Assembly (NCBI GenBank): GCA_963678065.2
Contig: CAXXVZ010000003.1
Span: 928,001 to 992,000, forward strand
Source of the DNA: Treponemataceae bacterium
Lineage (GTDB): Bacteria; Spirochaetota; Spirochaetia; Treponematales; Rectinemataceae
Direction: 5' to 3'
Length of the DNA: 64,000 nt
Under the pieces are notes generated by a model. That model worked only from the letters and a program-made list of their open reading frames with translations. It did not search any database and was not told the DNA's origin. Of the stretch, positions 1 to 9,954 are shown one piece after another. Within the stretch, counting starts at the first letter, position 1, and each line of letters starts with the position of its first letter. The position numbers and the translations under genes are program-made.

Positions 1-711
1 CCTTCCGGAAATCGCTCGTCGCATACACCCGCCCGGTCGCACGAAGCCCCCTCAGCACCCGCAAGTCTTCCGTCTTCCCCGTCACCGCCCCGTACACCAC
101 ACCCACACTCCCCAGCCGATACCCCTCAAGGTCCACTTCCCCTTCCGCTCGCAGCTCCCCTGTCCTGTCCAGCCTCACCTGAACCGACACTTCTCTCCCC
201 TTCCCCTCTTTCCCTCTCCCTAGCCCTCCCTTCAGCTCTACTACCTTGCTCCCCACCTTCGCCTCTATCTCCGGCTGCGCATACTCTTCATCCCCCACTC
301 GCAGCGTCGCTCCTGCAAGCCGATACTCTCCCTTCCCCCCCTTCACCGCGAGTTCCGTCTGCCCTCCTTTCTCACCCCCCTTCCCCTTCAACTCCAGCCC
401 AAGCAGTCCATCCACGGTGAGCCCTTCAAGCCCTACCTCTCCTGCAAAACTCCCGCTCACCACTCCGTACTCAAGCCGCGCTTCCTCGATCTTCACGGCC
501 TGCCCTCGCCCTTCACCTTTCACCCTCAGCCCCGTCACCCGATTCGACTCCCCCGATACCCCGGCCCCCCCCACCGCACTCCCCGATGCCGCTCCTACAG
601 GGCTAGCCCCTCCTGCACCCTCTCCTTCTCCTTCACTCCCGATATCCACCGCGTACTCCGCCCTCCTTCCCTCCAACCCAGGCACACCCAACCGGATGCT
701 CCCTGTATAGG
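1..711. repeat. Direct repeat copy 2 (truncated by the window edge) of 3187-3897
   Basis: Offset 3186 bp (1062 codons, in frame). About 5 mismatches in the first 685 nt by eye. The two 154-aa shadow ORFs 246..710 and 3432..3896 are near-identical. Confidence 0.97.
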
Positions 712-3700
712 CTGTCCGCAGGAAATCAGTCAGCCAGGCAGGAGGCGCTTCCGCGGCGATCATATCCACGGGCCGGAGTCCGGAGAGGGCGAGTGAAAGG
801 CCGAAATCGCCGGACCCGAGATCCAGGGAAGCGTTCGCAGACAATCCATCCTTCGACGCCCTTTGCATCGCGAGCCGGGAACCGTTGAAATCGAGATCGA
901 ACCTTTGTTCGGCAACACTGAAGGCTTTGGACCGGTATCCGGCCATCATCTGACCTTTCAGGGCGGTCTGCCCTTGCCCGGACGCAGAGCCGGAATTCTT
1001 GCCCAGGATACTGGAGAGATCGACCGGCCCGCGGAGGTCGATGAAGCCGTCGACAAGGCCGTCCACGGCGACGCCGGGTATCCTCGACATCTGAAAACCT
1101 CTGACTTCGGCCTTTCCCGCGAGGTTTCCTCGCGCGACCGAAACGTCGAAATCCCAGGATTCCCCGGAGGCAGACAGGCTTCCCTTCAGCGATGCGGAGC
1201 CTTCCGAGCCGGTCGGGTAGAGTATGTCGGCCTTCCCGACAAGGGCTGTCGCCCCAGATCCGAGACTCAGATCGGATAGGGCGATGGAGCCTGGACGGAG
1301 GCGTGCCTTCGCGAGAATGGTGGGGATCCGACTTTCCTTGCCGCCTGCAGGACGTAAGGCGAGGCGGGAAAAATCCAGATGCCAGTCGCCGGGAGCCTTG
1401 TATCCGCCAAGGAGGGTGAAACTCGCGTTCACCACGCCGAGTTCGGAGTCGAAAGGCAAGGGGAGATCTTCCGCTGTCGCCTCTGCCGAGTAGCTCCCCG
1501 CACTTTGTGAAACAAGAACCCTGAGGCCGTGATTTCCCTGGATAAGGAATTTTCCATCAGCATCGGTGGAACCGGAGACTGTGTAGCTCGCTCCGTTCCA
1601 CTGTATTTCCGACGAGAGCCGCGCGGAGAGTCTGGACGGATCGATCCTTATTCCGGCAGGGAAACCGAGGTCGAGAACGGTGTCGATCGCCCGCGCGGGC
1701 CCGGCCGTCACGAGGGGAGCCGTTATCGTATAGGCGTTCCGGGCACCCTTTATACCAAGGTCGGTCCGTATCGGGAAGCCTCCGGGTTTCTGGGCGCCAA
1801 TGGCGATCAGTGCGCTTCCATCCACCGACATGTCCGCGAGGCCTATCCGTCCGGCAAACTCCACCCTGTCCGCGCCGCGAGAGAAGGAGAGCTTCCTCAC
1901 CTGCATGTTCGCGGCTGTCCCGTCGGCATCGAGGGCCAGCGACAGACCTGTGCCACCTCCCGTGGCCTCGACGACTCCCGTCTCCGCCGGAACGGACAGG
2001 AAACTTGTTCCACTCTGTCCTTCCAGCTTCGCCGTGAAGGCCGCCTTCCCGAAATCCCCGGCCGGCACCTTCAGCTCCAGCTTGCCCGTGAGAGGCATCC
2101 CGAAGAAAGCGGAGAAATCCTTCGACGCAGTTTTCAGGTCGACGAAGTCGGAAAGGCGGAAATCGCGCAGTGACAGGCCGGCAACCAGATCCTTCCCCGC
2201 CGGAGCATACGTTGCTGCGATCGAGATGCCGTCCCTGTCGGGCAGATGCGCTTCGATTTTCTTCCCATCAAACGAGATATCGAAACGTCTTTCGGCGACA
2301 TCGAATGAAGGAGATCGCAGGCCCGCCATGAGTCTGGCCTTGATAGTGCCGGGACCCGCAGGGTCGCCGAGTCGGGCAAAATCGAAGGGGCCTTCGAACG
2401 AGAGATATCCGTCGGCTTCTGCCTCGGGAGCGTCGGAATACAGTCGTCGGATGGGGAATCCCTTGAGGTCGATGGAACCCTTGAGCGAGCCGTCACGGTA
2501 TCCCGCATCCACACTCCAGCTCTCCTGCCCCCACCTCCCCCTCTCTCCTTCACCCCCTTCCCGTTCCAGCCTCCCCTTCACCTCCACCCCACCCTTCACC
2601 TCTTCCCCATACCGGATACTCACCGGCCCTTTCAGCTTCCTTCCCCACCCCTCCACCACCACTTCCGCCAGCTCCACCTCCCCTGCCTTCCCCTTCAGAC
2701 TCCCCCTTATCTTCGGTATCGGACTCTCCTTACCCCCCGCTCCCGCCACCGAAAACTCCACCCCCTCGACCCTCCACTCCTTCCCACTACGATACTCTCC
2801 CTTCCCCCTCGCCATCACATTCACCACACCCATCCCTTTCCCCATCGGGACCGGCACACCTCCCACTCCAAACCCTACCGCGTACCCTCCCCCTGCTTCC
2901 CGCTGCACCTCCACCTCGATCCCGTAATCCCCCTTCGCCTCCACACTCCCGTCCGCCTTCGCTTTCCCCTCTATCCCGTACTCGATCCCTTCATACTTCG
3001 CTTTCACCCGAAACCTCAGATCCCCTCCTGCCTCAAAATCTACCCGCCCCTCCCCCTCGACTTCCTTACCCCCCGCCTCGATCTTCACGTTCTTCACTTC
3101 CGCGTAGTCCCCGTTCCCCACTCCCGCACATCCCAGACTGAACCCTTCCCCTCCACTCACCTTCATCCCCGGCGCGTTCCACGACACCTTCCGGAAATCG
3201 CTCGTCGCATACACCCGCCCGGTCGCACGAAGCCCCCTCAGCACCCGCAAGTCTTCCGTCTTCCCCGTCACCGCCCCGTACACCACACCCACACTCCCCA
3301 GCCGATACCCCTCAAGGTCCACTTCCCCTTCCGCTCGCAGCTCCCCTGTCCTGTCCAGCCTCACCTGAACCGACACTTCTCTCCCCTTCCCCTCTTTCCC
3401 TCTCCCTAGCCCTCCCTTCAGCTCTACTACCTTGCTCCCCACCTTCGCCTCTATCTCCGGCTGCGCATACTCTTCATCCCCCACTCGCAGCGTCGCTCCT
3501 GCAAGCCGATACTCTCCCTTCCCCCCCTTCACCGCGAGTTCCGTCTGCCCTCCTTTCTCACCCCCCTTCCCCTTCAACTCCAGCCCAAGCAGTCCATCCA
3601 CGGTGAGCCCTTCAAGCCCTACCTCTCCTGCAAAACTCCCGCTCACCACTCCGTACTCAAGCCGCGCTTCCTCGATCTTCACGGCCTGCCCTCGCCCTTC

Positions 3701-4837
3701 ACCCTTCACCCTCAGCCCCGTCACCCGATTCGACTCCCCCGATACCCCGGCTCCTCCCTCCGCACTCCCCGATGCCGCTCCTACAGGGCTAGCCCCTCCT
3801 GCACCCTCTCCTTCTCCTTCACTTCCGATATCCACCGCGTACTCCGCCCTCCTTCCCTCCAACCCAGGCACCCGCACCCGGATATTCCCTGTATAGGAGT
3901 CGTCGAGCAGAGCCTGGGTATTTGCGGATTTCGTGACGACTGCGGAGATCTTTGCCGGGACAAAATTCTTGAGATCGACCGACGCGGAGAGGTTCTTGTC
4001 TTGCAGGTTCAGGACGGCTCGCGCGGCCAGCCCCTCGGAGGCAGGGCGGTCGAGCTCGAACCTCGATCCGTCGAAAGAAATGTTGAAACTCTGCCCGGAA
4101 ACCGAAAATCCCTCGGCCCTGTACCCTATCAGTATCTTGCCCCGGAAAGAACTCAGTATGGGATTGAACGAGAGTCCGAATTCGAGCGGTCCCGAGACAG
4201 AGAAACCGTTCCCCGCCGGAGAAAGAGAGTAATTCCCGTTCAGGAATGACAAAGCCGGCACAGCTTCCTTTGTGGAAAACGTGATGAGCGCCGAATCCAG
4301 CCGATAGCTTCCGCCTCCGGCAGTACCCCCCGCATTAGCTCCAGAGGTCCCGCCGGAAGTACTGCCGGTATCTCGCAGTTCCATCACGGTGTCCGTGAGA
4401 CGGATCGAGATGGGCGGAGGTGTCGAGGCGGGGCCCGATCCGAGGAGTTTACGGAGCTTTTCCGCCGTGTCGGCGTCTCCCGGGAGGACGAGAGAGAGTC
4501 TGGTCTTGTCGAGGCGGATATCTTTGACTATGTGGCGGCTGTCACCCGCGACGAGGGCGGGAAGACTGTAGAGGACCGAGAGCCTGCCTGCCGAAAGAAG
4601 GACGCTGCCGTCAGGACGCGAGAAGCGTATCCCGTTCAGAGTAAGGGAACTCAGAATCGAGGGGGAGATCGAGGAAAACCGGAGATCGAGGCCGAGTTCC
4701 TTTTTGACGTATGTCTGAAGGTCGACGACAATGGAGCCGGCCTTCCTGCTGACCGCACGGTACACCAGCGGCGTCGCTGCGAGGAAGAGGATTATGAATG
4801 CTCCTGTCGCGGCGAAAGCCCGCCTGCGCTTCACCAT
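1..4837 (-). CDS. Giant TamB/AsmA-like (bridge-like, beta-taco) envelope protein, 3' end beyond the left edge of the window
   Basis: ATG at 4837 preceded by GAAAGGAA. I read the frame by hand from 4837 to base 2 with no stop (>=1612 aa). N-terminal basic+hydrophobic anchor MVKRRRAFAATGAFIILFLAATPLVY, followed by amphipathic beta-strand modules. Adjacent to tmk, as for the TamB homologue in Borrelia. The DUF490 C-terminus is not visible. Confidence 0.75.
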   Translation of the reverse strand, partial: MVKRRRAFAATGAFIILFLAATPLVYRAVSRKAGSIVVDLQTYVKKELGLDLRFSSISPSILSSLTLNGIRFSRPDGSVLLSAGRLSVLYSLPALVAGDSRHIVKDIRLDKTRLSLVLPGDADTAEKLRKLLGSGPASTPPPISIRLTDTVMELRDTGSTSGGTSGANAGGTAGGGSYRLDSALITFSTKEAVPALSFLNGNYSLSPAGNGFSVSGPLEFGLSFNPILSSFRGKILIGYRAEGFSVSGQSFNISFDGSRFELDRPASEGLAARAVLNLQDKNLSASVDLKNFVPAKISAVVTKSANTQALLDDSYTGNIRVRVPGLEGRRAEYAVDIGSEGEGEGAGGASPVGAASGSAEGGAGVSGESNRVTGLRVKGEGRGQAVKIEEARLEYGVVSGSFAGEVGLEGLTVDGLLGLELKGKGGEKGGQTELAVKGGKGEYRLAGATLRVGDEEYAQPEIEAKVGSKVVELKGGLGRGKEGKGREVSVQVRLDRTGELRAEGEVDLEGYRLGSVGVVYGAVTGKTEDLRVLRGLRATGRVYATSDFRKVSWNAPGMKVSGGEGFSLGCAGVGNGDYAEVKNVKIEAGGKEVEGEGRVDFEAGGDLRFRVKAKYEGIEYGIEGKAKADGSVEAKGDYGIEVEVQREAGGGYAVGFGVGGVPVPMGKGMGVVNVMARGKGEYRSGKEWRVEGVEFSVAGAGGKESPIPKIRGSLKGKAGEVELAEVVVEGWGRKLKGPVSIRYGEEVKGGVEVKGRLEREGGEGERGRWGQESWSVDAGYRDGSLKGSIDLKGFPIRRLYSDAPEAEADGYLSFEGPFDFARLGDPAGPGTIKARLMAGLRSPSFDVAERRFDISFDGKKIEAHLPDRDGISIAATYAPAGKDLVAGLSLRDFRLSDFVDLKTASKDFSAFFGMPLTGKLELKVPAGDFGKAAFTAKLEGQSGTSFLSVPAETGVVEATGGGTGLSLALDADGTAANMQVRKLSFSRGADRVEFAGRIGLADMSVDGSALIAIGAQKPGGFPIRTDLGIKGARNAYTITAPLVTAGPARAIDTVLDLGFPAGIRIDPSRLSARLSSEIQWNGASYTVSGSTDADGKFLIQGNHGLRVLVSQSAGSYSAEATAEDLPLPFDSELGVVNASFTLLGGYKAPGDWHLDFSRLALRPAGGKESRIPTILAKARLRPGSIALSDLSLGSGATALVGKADILYPTGSEGSASLKGSLSASGESWDFDVSVARGNLAGKAEVRGFQMSRIPGVAVDGLVDGFIDLRGPVDLSSILGKNSGSASGQGQTALKGQMMAGYRSKAFSVAEQRFDLDFNGSRLAMQRASKDGLSANASLDLGSGDFGLSLALSGLRPVDMIAAEAPPAWLTDFLRTAYTGSIRLGVPGLEGRRAEYAVDIGSEGEGEGAGGASPVGAASGSAVGGAGVSGESNRVTGLRVKGEGRGQAVKIEEARLEYGVVSGSFAGEVGLEGLTVDGLLGLELKGKGGEKGGQTELAVKGGKGEYRLAGATLRVGDEEYAQPEIEAKVGSKVVELKGGLGRGKEGKGREVSVQVRLDRTGELRAEGEVDLEGYRLGSVGVVYGAVTGKTEDLRVLRGLRATGRVYATSDFRK
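197..230 (-). other. Potential G-quadruplex motif (duplicated at 3383-3416)
   Basis: Minus strand reads GGGAGGGCTAGGGAGAGGGAAAGAGGGGAAGGGG: six G3+ tracts with 1-5 nt loops. Confidence 0.55.
3187..3897. repeat. Direct repeat copy 1, part of a C/T-rich (+ strand) block spanning ~2505-3895
   Basis: Matches 1-711. Sharp compositional boundaries near 2505 and 3895. Confidence 0.97.
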
Positions 4838-4893
4838 CTATTCGGTTCCTTTCTCGTGGACGTCGACCGGTTATGACAGTATACTCCGGATCG

Positions 4894-5541
4894 ATGGACA
4901 ATGCTGCCGAAAAATCGATCTTCAAGCGTTTTGTCGTCCTCGAAGGCATCGACGGAGCCGGAACGACGACCCAGCTGGGCAGGCTGCGCGATGCCCTCAC
5001 CAGGGCGGGAATGCCGCACTGGCCGACCTGCGAGCCCACATCGCGCCCCGAGGGAGCCCTCATCCGGCGCATCCTCGGCGGCGAGCTTCCGGCCCACCCC
5101 GGCACGGTCGCCCACCTCTTCGCCGCCGACCGCCACGAGCATCTCTACGGGGCCGGAGGCATCGTGGAACACCTCGCCGCCGGCGACATAGTGATCAGCG
5201 ACCGCTATGTCCTCTCGAGCCTCGCCTACCAGGGAGCCACCTGCGGTTTCGAGCTCCCAATGAAGCTGAACGGGGATTTCCCTCTGCCCGGGCTGACCCT
5301 CTTCTTCGATGTCGATCCCTCCCTTTCCATGGCGCGCCTCGCCTCGCGCAGCCACTTGGAGATATACGAGAAACAAAGTTTCCAGGAAAAGGTTGCTGAT
5401 TGTTACGAGGAAGCCCTGGAAACCCTCGCCCGCGCGGGAGCCGAGGCCATTCGGATCGATGCCTCACTGTCGCCCGCGGAGGTCACCGCCCAGGTTTTCC
5501 GCGCTGTCGGCAAGAGTCTCAGAATCGACCTGAGGCCCTGA
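4894..5541 (+). CDS. tmk: Thymidylate (dTMP) kinase
   Basis: P-loop VVLEGIDGAGTTT, LFAADR, ISDRY..SSLAYQG. Start placed at the ATG 8 nt after TATACT. Confidence 0.93.
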   Translation: MDNAAEKSIFKRFVVLEGIDGAGTTTQLGRLRDALTRAGMPHWPTCEPTSRPEGALIRRILGGELPAHPGTVAHLFAADRHEHLYGAGGIVEHLAAGDIVISDRYVLSSLAYQGATCGFELPMKLNGDFPLPGLTLFFDVDPSLSMARLASRSHLEIYEKQSFQEKVADCYEEALETLARAGAEAIRIDASLSPAEVTAQVFRAVGKSLRIDLRP

Positions 5542-5595
5542 TGTGGACGGCCGCTTATCAGGAAAACTCAAGACCGTCGACACCTCAGACCCGCC

Positions 5596-6615
5596 CTACC
5601 TGATCAGCATCGCGTCCCCGTAGCTGAAAAAGCGGTATTTTTCTCGCACGGCCGCCGCGTAGGCATCCAGTATCCTCTGTCTTCCCGCGAAGGCCGACAC
5701 GAGCATGAGGAGGGTCGACTTGGGCGTGTGGAAATTGGTGAAGAGCCTGTCCACGACCTTGAAGGTGTACCCCGGATAGATGAAAATCCTCGTGCTGCCC
5801 GGCCCGGCCGCGAGGCCTCCTTCGGCCCAGGCGGACTCGAGGGTCCTGAGACTCGTCGTCCCGACGGCGACGACGGGCCGTCCCTGGGACTTGGCGCGCG
5901 CGACGGCTGCTGCCGTTTCGGCCGGAACGGAGTACTCCTCCTCGTGCATGAGGTGGTCCTCGATCCGCTCCGAACGCACGGGAAGAAAGGTTCCGAGCCC
6001 CACGTGCAGCGTCACCCAGGCGCTCTCGATTCCTTTGGCCGACAGCGAGTCGAGAATCTCGGGCGTGAAATGGAGGCCCGCAGTCGGCGAGGCGGATGAT
6101 CCGACATTCTTCGAGTACACGGTCTGGTAGCGCTCGGCGTCGGAGGGGACGTCCTCCCTCTTTATATATGGAGGAAGCGGAATGTGGCCAACGCGGTCCA
6201 GGTAGTCTTCGCCGATGGGCGGAGAGAATCTGATCGTCCGCGTGTCCTCGCGCGCGTCGACGATTTCGCCCGATACGCCCTCGGGAAAGGAGTACAGCCG
6301 CCCGGGTCTCTGCCGTTTCGCCTTGGTGCAGGCGGCTTCCCAGACATCCGGACCCTGTCTCCGAAGAAGCAGGAACTCGACCCCGGAGCCGGTATCGCAG
6401 GCGGTTCCGAAGAGCCTCGCCTTCCTGACCCGCGAATCGTTGAACACCATGAGGCTGCCGGCTTCGACAAAGGAAGCTATATCGCGGACCATGGAGTGCG
6501 TCAGCCGCCCCGAGGCGCGGTCCAGAACGAGGAGACGGGAATCGCCGCGATTTCCTGTCGGAAACTGGGCGATTTGCTCCTCGGGCAGTTCAAAACTGAA
6601 ATCGTCCGTCTTCAC
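5596..6615 (-). CDS. queA: S-adenosylmethionine:tRNA ribosyltransferase-isomerase
   Basis: [58 protein letters not shown]. Confidence 0.97.
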   Translation of the reverse strand: MKTDDFSFELPEEQIAQFPTGNRGDSRLLVLDRASGRLTHSMVRDIASFVEAGSLMVFNDSRVRKARLFGTACDTGSGVEFLLLRRQGPDVWEAACTKAKRQRPGRLYSFPEGVSGEIVDAREDTRTIRFSPPIGEDYLDRVGHIPLPPYIKREDVPSDAERYQTVYSKNVGSSASPTAGLHFTPEILDSLSAKGIESAWVTLHVGLGTFLPVRSERIEDHLMHEEEYSVPAETAAAVARAKSQGRPVVAVGTTSLRTLESAWAEGGLAAGPGSTRIFIYPGYTFKVVDRLFTNFHTPKSTLLMLVSAFAGRQRILDAYAAAVREKYRFFSYGDAMLIR

Positions 6616-7726
6616 GGGGCAGCTCCATGCCGAGATGTCTGTAGGCGGCGCTCGTCGCGACGCGGCCGCGCGGCGTGCGCGCTATCATGCCCGCCTGAAT
6701 GAGGTAGGGTTCGTAGAAGTCCTCGAGGCTGTCCACGCCCTCCCCGACGGTGATGGCGAGGGTTTCGGCGCCGACCGGCCCCCCCCCGTACTTCAAGATA
6801 ATGGCCTTCAATATTTCGCGGTCCAGGCGCTCGAAACCGAGCGGGTCCACCTCGAGGCGGGCGAGCCCCGCCTGCACGATGCGCTTCGTGACGATGGGGG
6901 AGCCTTCCACTTGGGCGAAGTCGCGCATGCGGCGCAGAAGGCGGTTCGCGATGCGCGGCGTGCCTCTGCTCGTGAGCGCGAGCAGCGCCGTCGCGTCCGG
7001 GTCCAGTTCGACGCCGAGGATGCCGGCGGAGCGTCGGATGACGAGCTCGAGTTCGGCGGGCTCGTAGTAGCTGAAGCGCATGCTGATGCCGAAGCGGCTC
7101 GCGAGGGGGGCCGAGACGGTGCCCGCCTTCGTCGTCGCCCCGACGAGGGTGAAGGGCGGAACCGGCACGCGGACCGTGCGGGCGGCTGGCCCCTGGCCGA
7201 TGACCCAGTCCAGTTCGAAATCCTCCATCGCGATGTAGAGCATCTCTTCTATGGCAGGTTTCAGCCGGTGGATCTCGTCGATGAAGAGGACGGAGCGCTC
7301 GCGCAGTGTCGTGAGGATTCCCGCGACATCCTTGGGCTTGTCGAGGGCGGGCGCGCTCGTCGGCTTGAAATCGACGCCGAGTTCCGTCGCGACGACGAGG
7401 GCGAGAGTTGTCTTGCCGAGTCCCGGAGGCCCCATCAGGAAGACATGGTCGAGGGCTTCCCCGCGCTCCCGCGCGGCCCGTATGAAGAGGCTCAGATTCT
7501 CCTTGATCCGGGTCTGGCCCTGGAACTCCGAGAGGACGTGGGGCCGGAGGGTGTTCTCCCTGCCGTCCTCGGCGGGGTCATACGAGGGATCCATCGGAGT
7601 CAGATGCGTGATCGCGGCCTTATCGGGAACTGCGATCTCATGCGGGATACCGGACCCGATCCTGTCACCATACTCCGCGATCTCTCCCGGCTGACTGGCC
7701 GCGCCTGTTTTTTTCCGTGCCGCCAT
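6590..7726 (-). CDS. ruvB: Holliday junction branch migration helicase RuvB
   Basis: [55 protein letters not shown]. Confidence 0.97.
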   Translation of the reverse strand: MAARKKTGAASQPGEIAEYGDRIGSGIPHEIAVPDKAAITHLTPMDPSYDPAEDGRENTLRPHVLSEFQGQTRIKENLSLFIRAARERGEALDHVFLMGPPGLGKTTLALVVATELGVDFKPTSAPALDKPKDVAGILTTLRERSVLFIDEIHRLKPAIEEMLYIAMEDFELDWVIGQGPAARTVRVPVPPFTLVGATTKAGTVSAPLASRFGISMRFSYYEPAELELVIRRSAGILGVELDPDATALLALTSRGTPRIANRLLRRMRDFAQVEGSPIVTKRIVQAGLARLEVDPLGFERLDREILKAIILKYGGGPVGAETLAITVGEGVDSLEDFYEPYLIQAGMIARTPRGRVATSAAYRHLGMELPREDGRFQF

Positions 7727-7729
7727 GGA

Positions 7730-8338
7730 TCAACCTCCCGCGGAGAGCTCGATGAGGGCTCTCCGGAAAATCTCGCGCTCGCGGTCGGGTCCGGGCGGGA
7801 TTTCGCCCGCGTGGCTGCGGACAGATTTTTCCGCGGCGGGCCTGGCGAAACCCATGTCGACGAGGGCGCGGATGACATCCGACCACTCTCCCCCGCCTGA
7901 GCCCGCGGAATGCAGGGTCCTGACCGAATCCTCGACCCGGACGAGCTTGCCCTTGAGCGCGAGCAGCATCTTCTGGGCCACCTTGGGACCGACGCCAGGG
8001 ATGCGCATCAGCGTGGCGAGGTCGCTGTCGTCCAGGGCGCGGACCAAGGACTCGGAGCGGATGCCCGAGACGATGCGCATGGCCTGTTTGGGGCCTATCC
8101 CCTCGACCTTCATGAGCTCGAGGAAGACGGTCCTGTCCTCGACGTTGGAGAAACCGAAGAGGCGCATCCCGTCCTCGTAGTGGTGAAGCCAGGTGTAGAC
8201 CTTGGTCTGTGCGTCGAGGAAGCCGAAGTCGTCGAGCGAGCGGGTGGGGACGGTTATTTCCCACTCCACTCCTCCCGTGTCGACGCAGACGGAATCGGGC
8301 CGCTTCTCGGAAAGCCTGCCGGAAATGCTGTTGAACAT
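7730..8338 (-). CDS. ruvA: Holliday junction branch migration protein RuvA
   Basis: LFGF, HhH motifs VEGIGPKQA and IPGVGPKVA, ALVDMGF. Sits between ruvC and ruvB. Confidence 0.95.
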   Translation of the reverse strand: MFNSISGRLSEKRPDSVCVDTGGVEWEITVPTRSLDDFGFLDAQTKVYTWLHHYEDGMRLFGFSNVEDRTVFLELMKVEGIGPKQAMRIVSGIRSESLVRALDDSDLATLMRIPGVGPKVAQKMLLALKGKLVRVEDSVRTLHSAGSGGGEWSDVIRALVDMGFARPAAEKSVRSHAGEIPPGPDREREIFRRALIELSAGG

Positions 8339-8471
8339 GGTTTTTGCAGTATAGCAGAAGCGCAGGGGGAGGTCTGCCCTGCCCTTCTTGTCGTGTTTTA
8401 TTTATGAGGCACCGCGCCCTGCGCGGAATTTTGCTCCCGGAATCCGGATCACAGACGCTTAGGGCGGCCAG

Positions 8472-9008
8472 TTAAGGCTTGAGCCTCGACAGGGCGCCCT
8501 CGTTGTGCCAGCGGCAGATCGCGGCGGCGAGGGCATCGGCGGCGTGGTCAGGTTTCGGGACCTCCGGCAGTCCGAGGAGGATGCGCACCATCTCCTGCAC
8601 TTGAGCCTTATCGGCGCGGGCCGAGCCGGTGACGGCCTGCTTGATCGCGGTCGGGGAGAGGTCGGCGAGGGGAACGCCGGCCATGGCGAAGGCGAGGCGG
8701 ATGACGCCGCGGGCCTCGGCCACGGGGAGGGCGGAGGTGACGTTGCGGAAGAAGAACAGCGATTCCATGCCGCCGAAAGTTGGCTGCCAGATCCCGATGA
8801 GATCCCTCACCCTGTCGTGGATGTCGCTGAGCCTGTCGGCGAGGGGGCTGTCGGAAGGGGTCGTGAAGCAGCCGTATTCGAGGAGTTTCATGCTTGTGCC
8901 CGCGACATCGATGAGTCCGTAGCCGATGGAGGCGAGGCCGGGGTCTATCCCGATGACGCGAAGGGCCGGACCGCCTCTCGGCTGTCCGGCCCCAGGTTGC
9001 GCTTTCAC
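8472..9008 (-). CDS. ruvC: Crossover junction endodeoxyribonuclease RuvC
   Basis: VIGIDPG, ESLFF.RN, EARGV, IKQAVTGSARADKAQV, PDHAADALAAA. Start inferred at GTG 9008. Confidence 0.93.
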   Translation of the reverse strand: MKAQPGAGQPRGGPALRVIGIDPGLASIGYGLIDVAGTSMKLLEYGCFTTPSDSPLADRLSDIHDRVRDLIGIWQPTFGGMESLFFFRNVTSALPVAEARGVIRLAFAMAGVPLADLSPTAIKQAVTGSARADKAQVQEMVRILLGLPEVPKPDHAADALAAAICRWHNEGALSRLKP

Positions 9009-9027
9009 GCTTCGGTCCGCCGCAGTA

Positions 9028-9765
<738 letters not shown>

Positions 9766-9797
9766 ACGAGCTCCTTGTGGCTGTGCGTTGACGGTCG

Positions 9798-9827
9798 AAG
9801 ATACCATACGACAAGAAAATGTGTCAA
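9798..9827 (-). promoter_or_regulatory. Sigma70-type promoter for yebC-ruvC
   Basis: TTGACA-N18-TATCTT with TG extension. Confidence 0.6.
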
Positions 9828-9954
9828 CCGACAAGTAATTTTACACCGCCTGGCGGCCGCTGCCCAGCGGGGCCGCACGGGCCGGCGTCGGCCTGGGGCA
9901 GATGGCGGCAGGCTTCGACCTTTCCGGCCGCGACACCGCCCTGACCGGCGGAAT

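Noticed and set aside
246..3896. + strand Pro/Ser-rich ORFs (246..710, 1800..2927, 3432..3896) as real proteins
   Set aside because: They are shadows of the C/T-rich strand of the TamB-like gene. The minus-strand frame is continuous, has an RBS and shows coherent modules.
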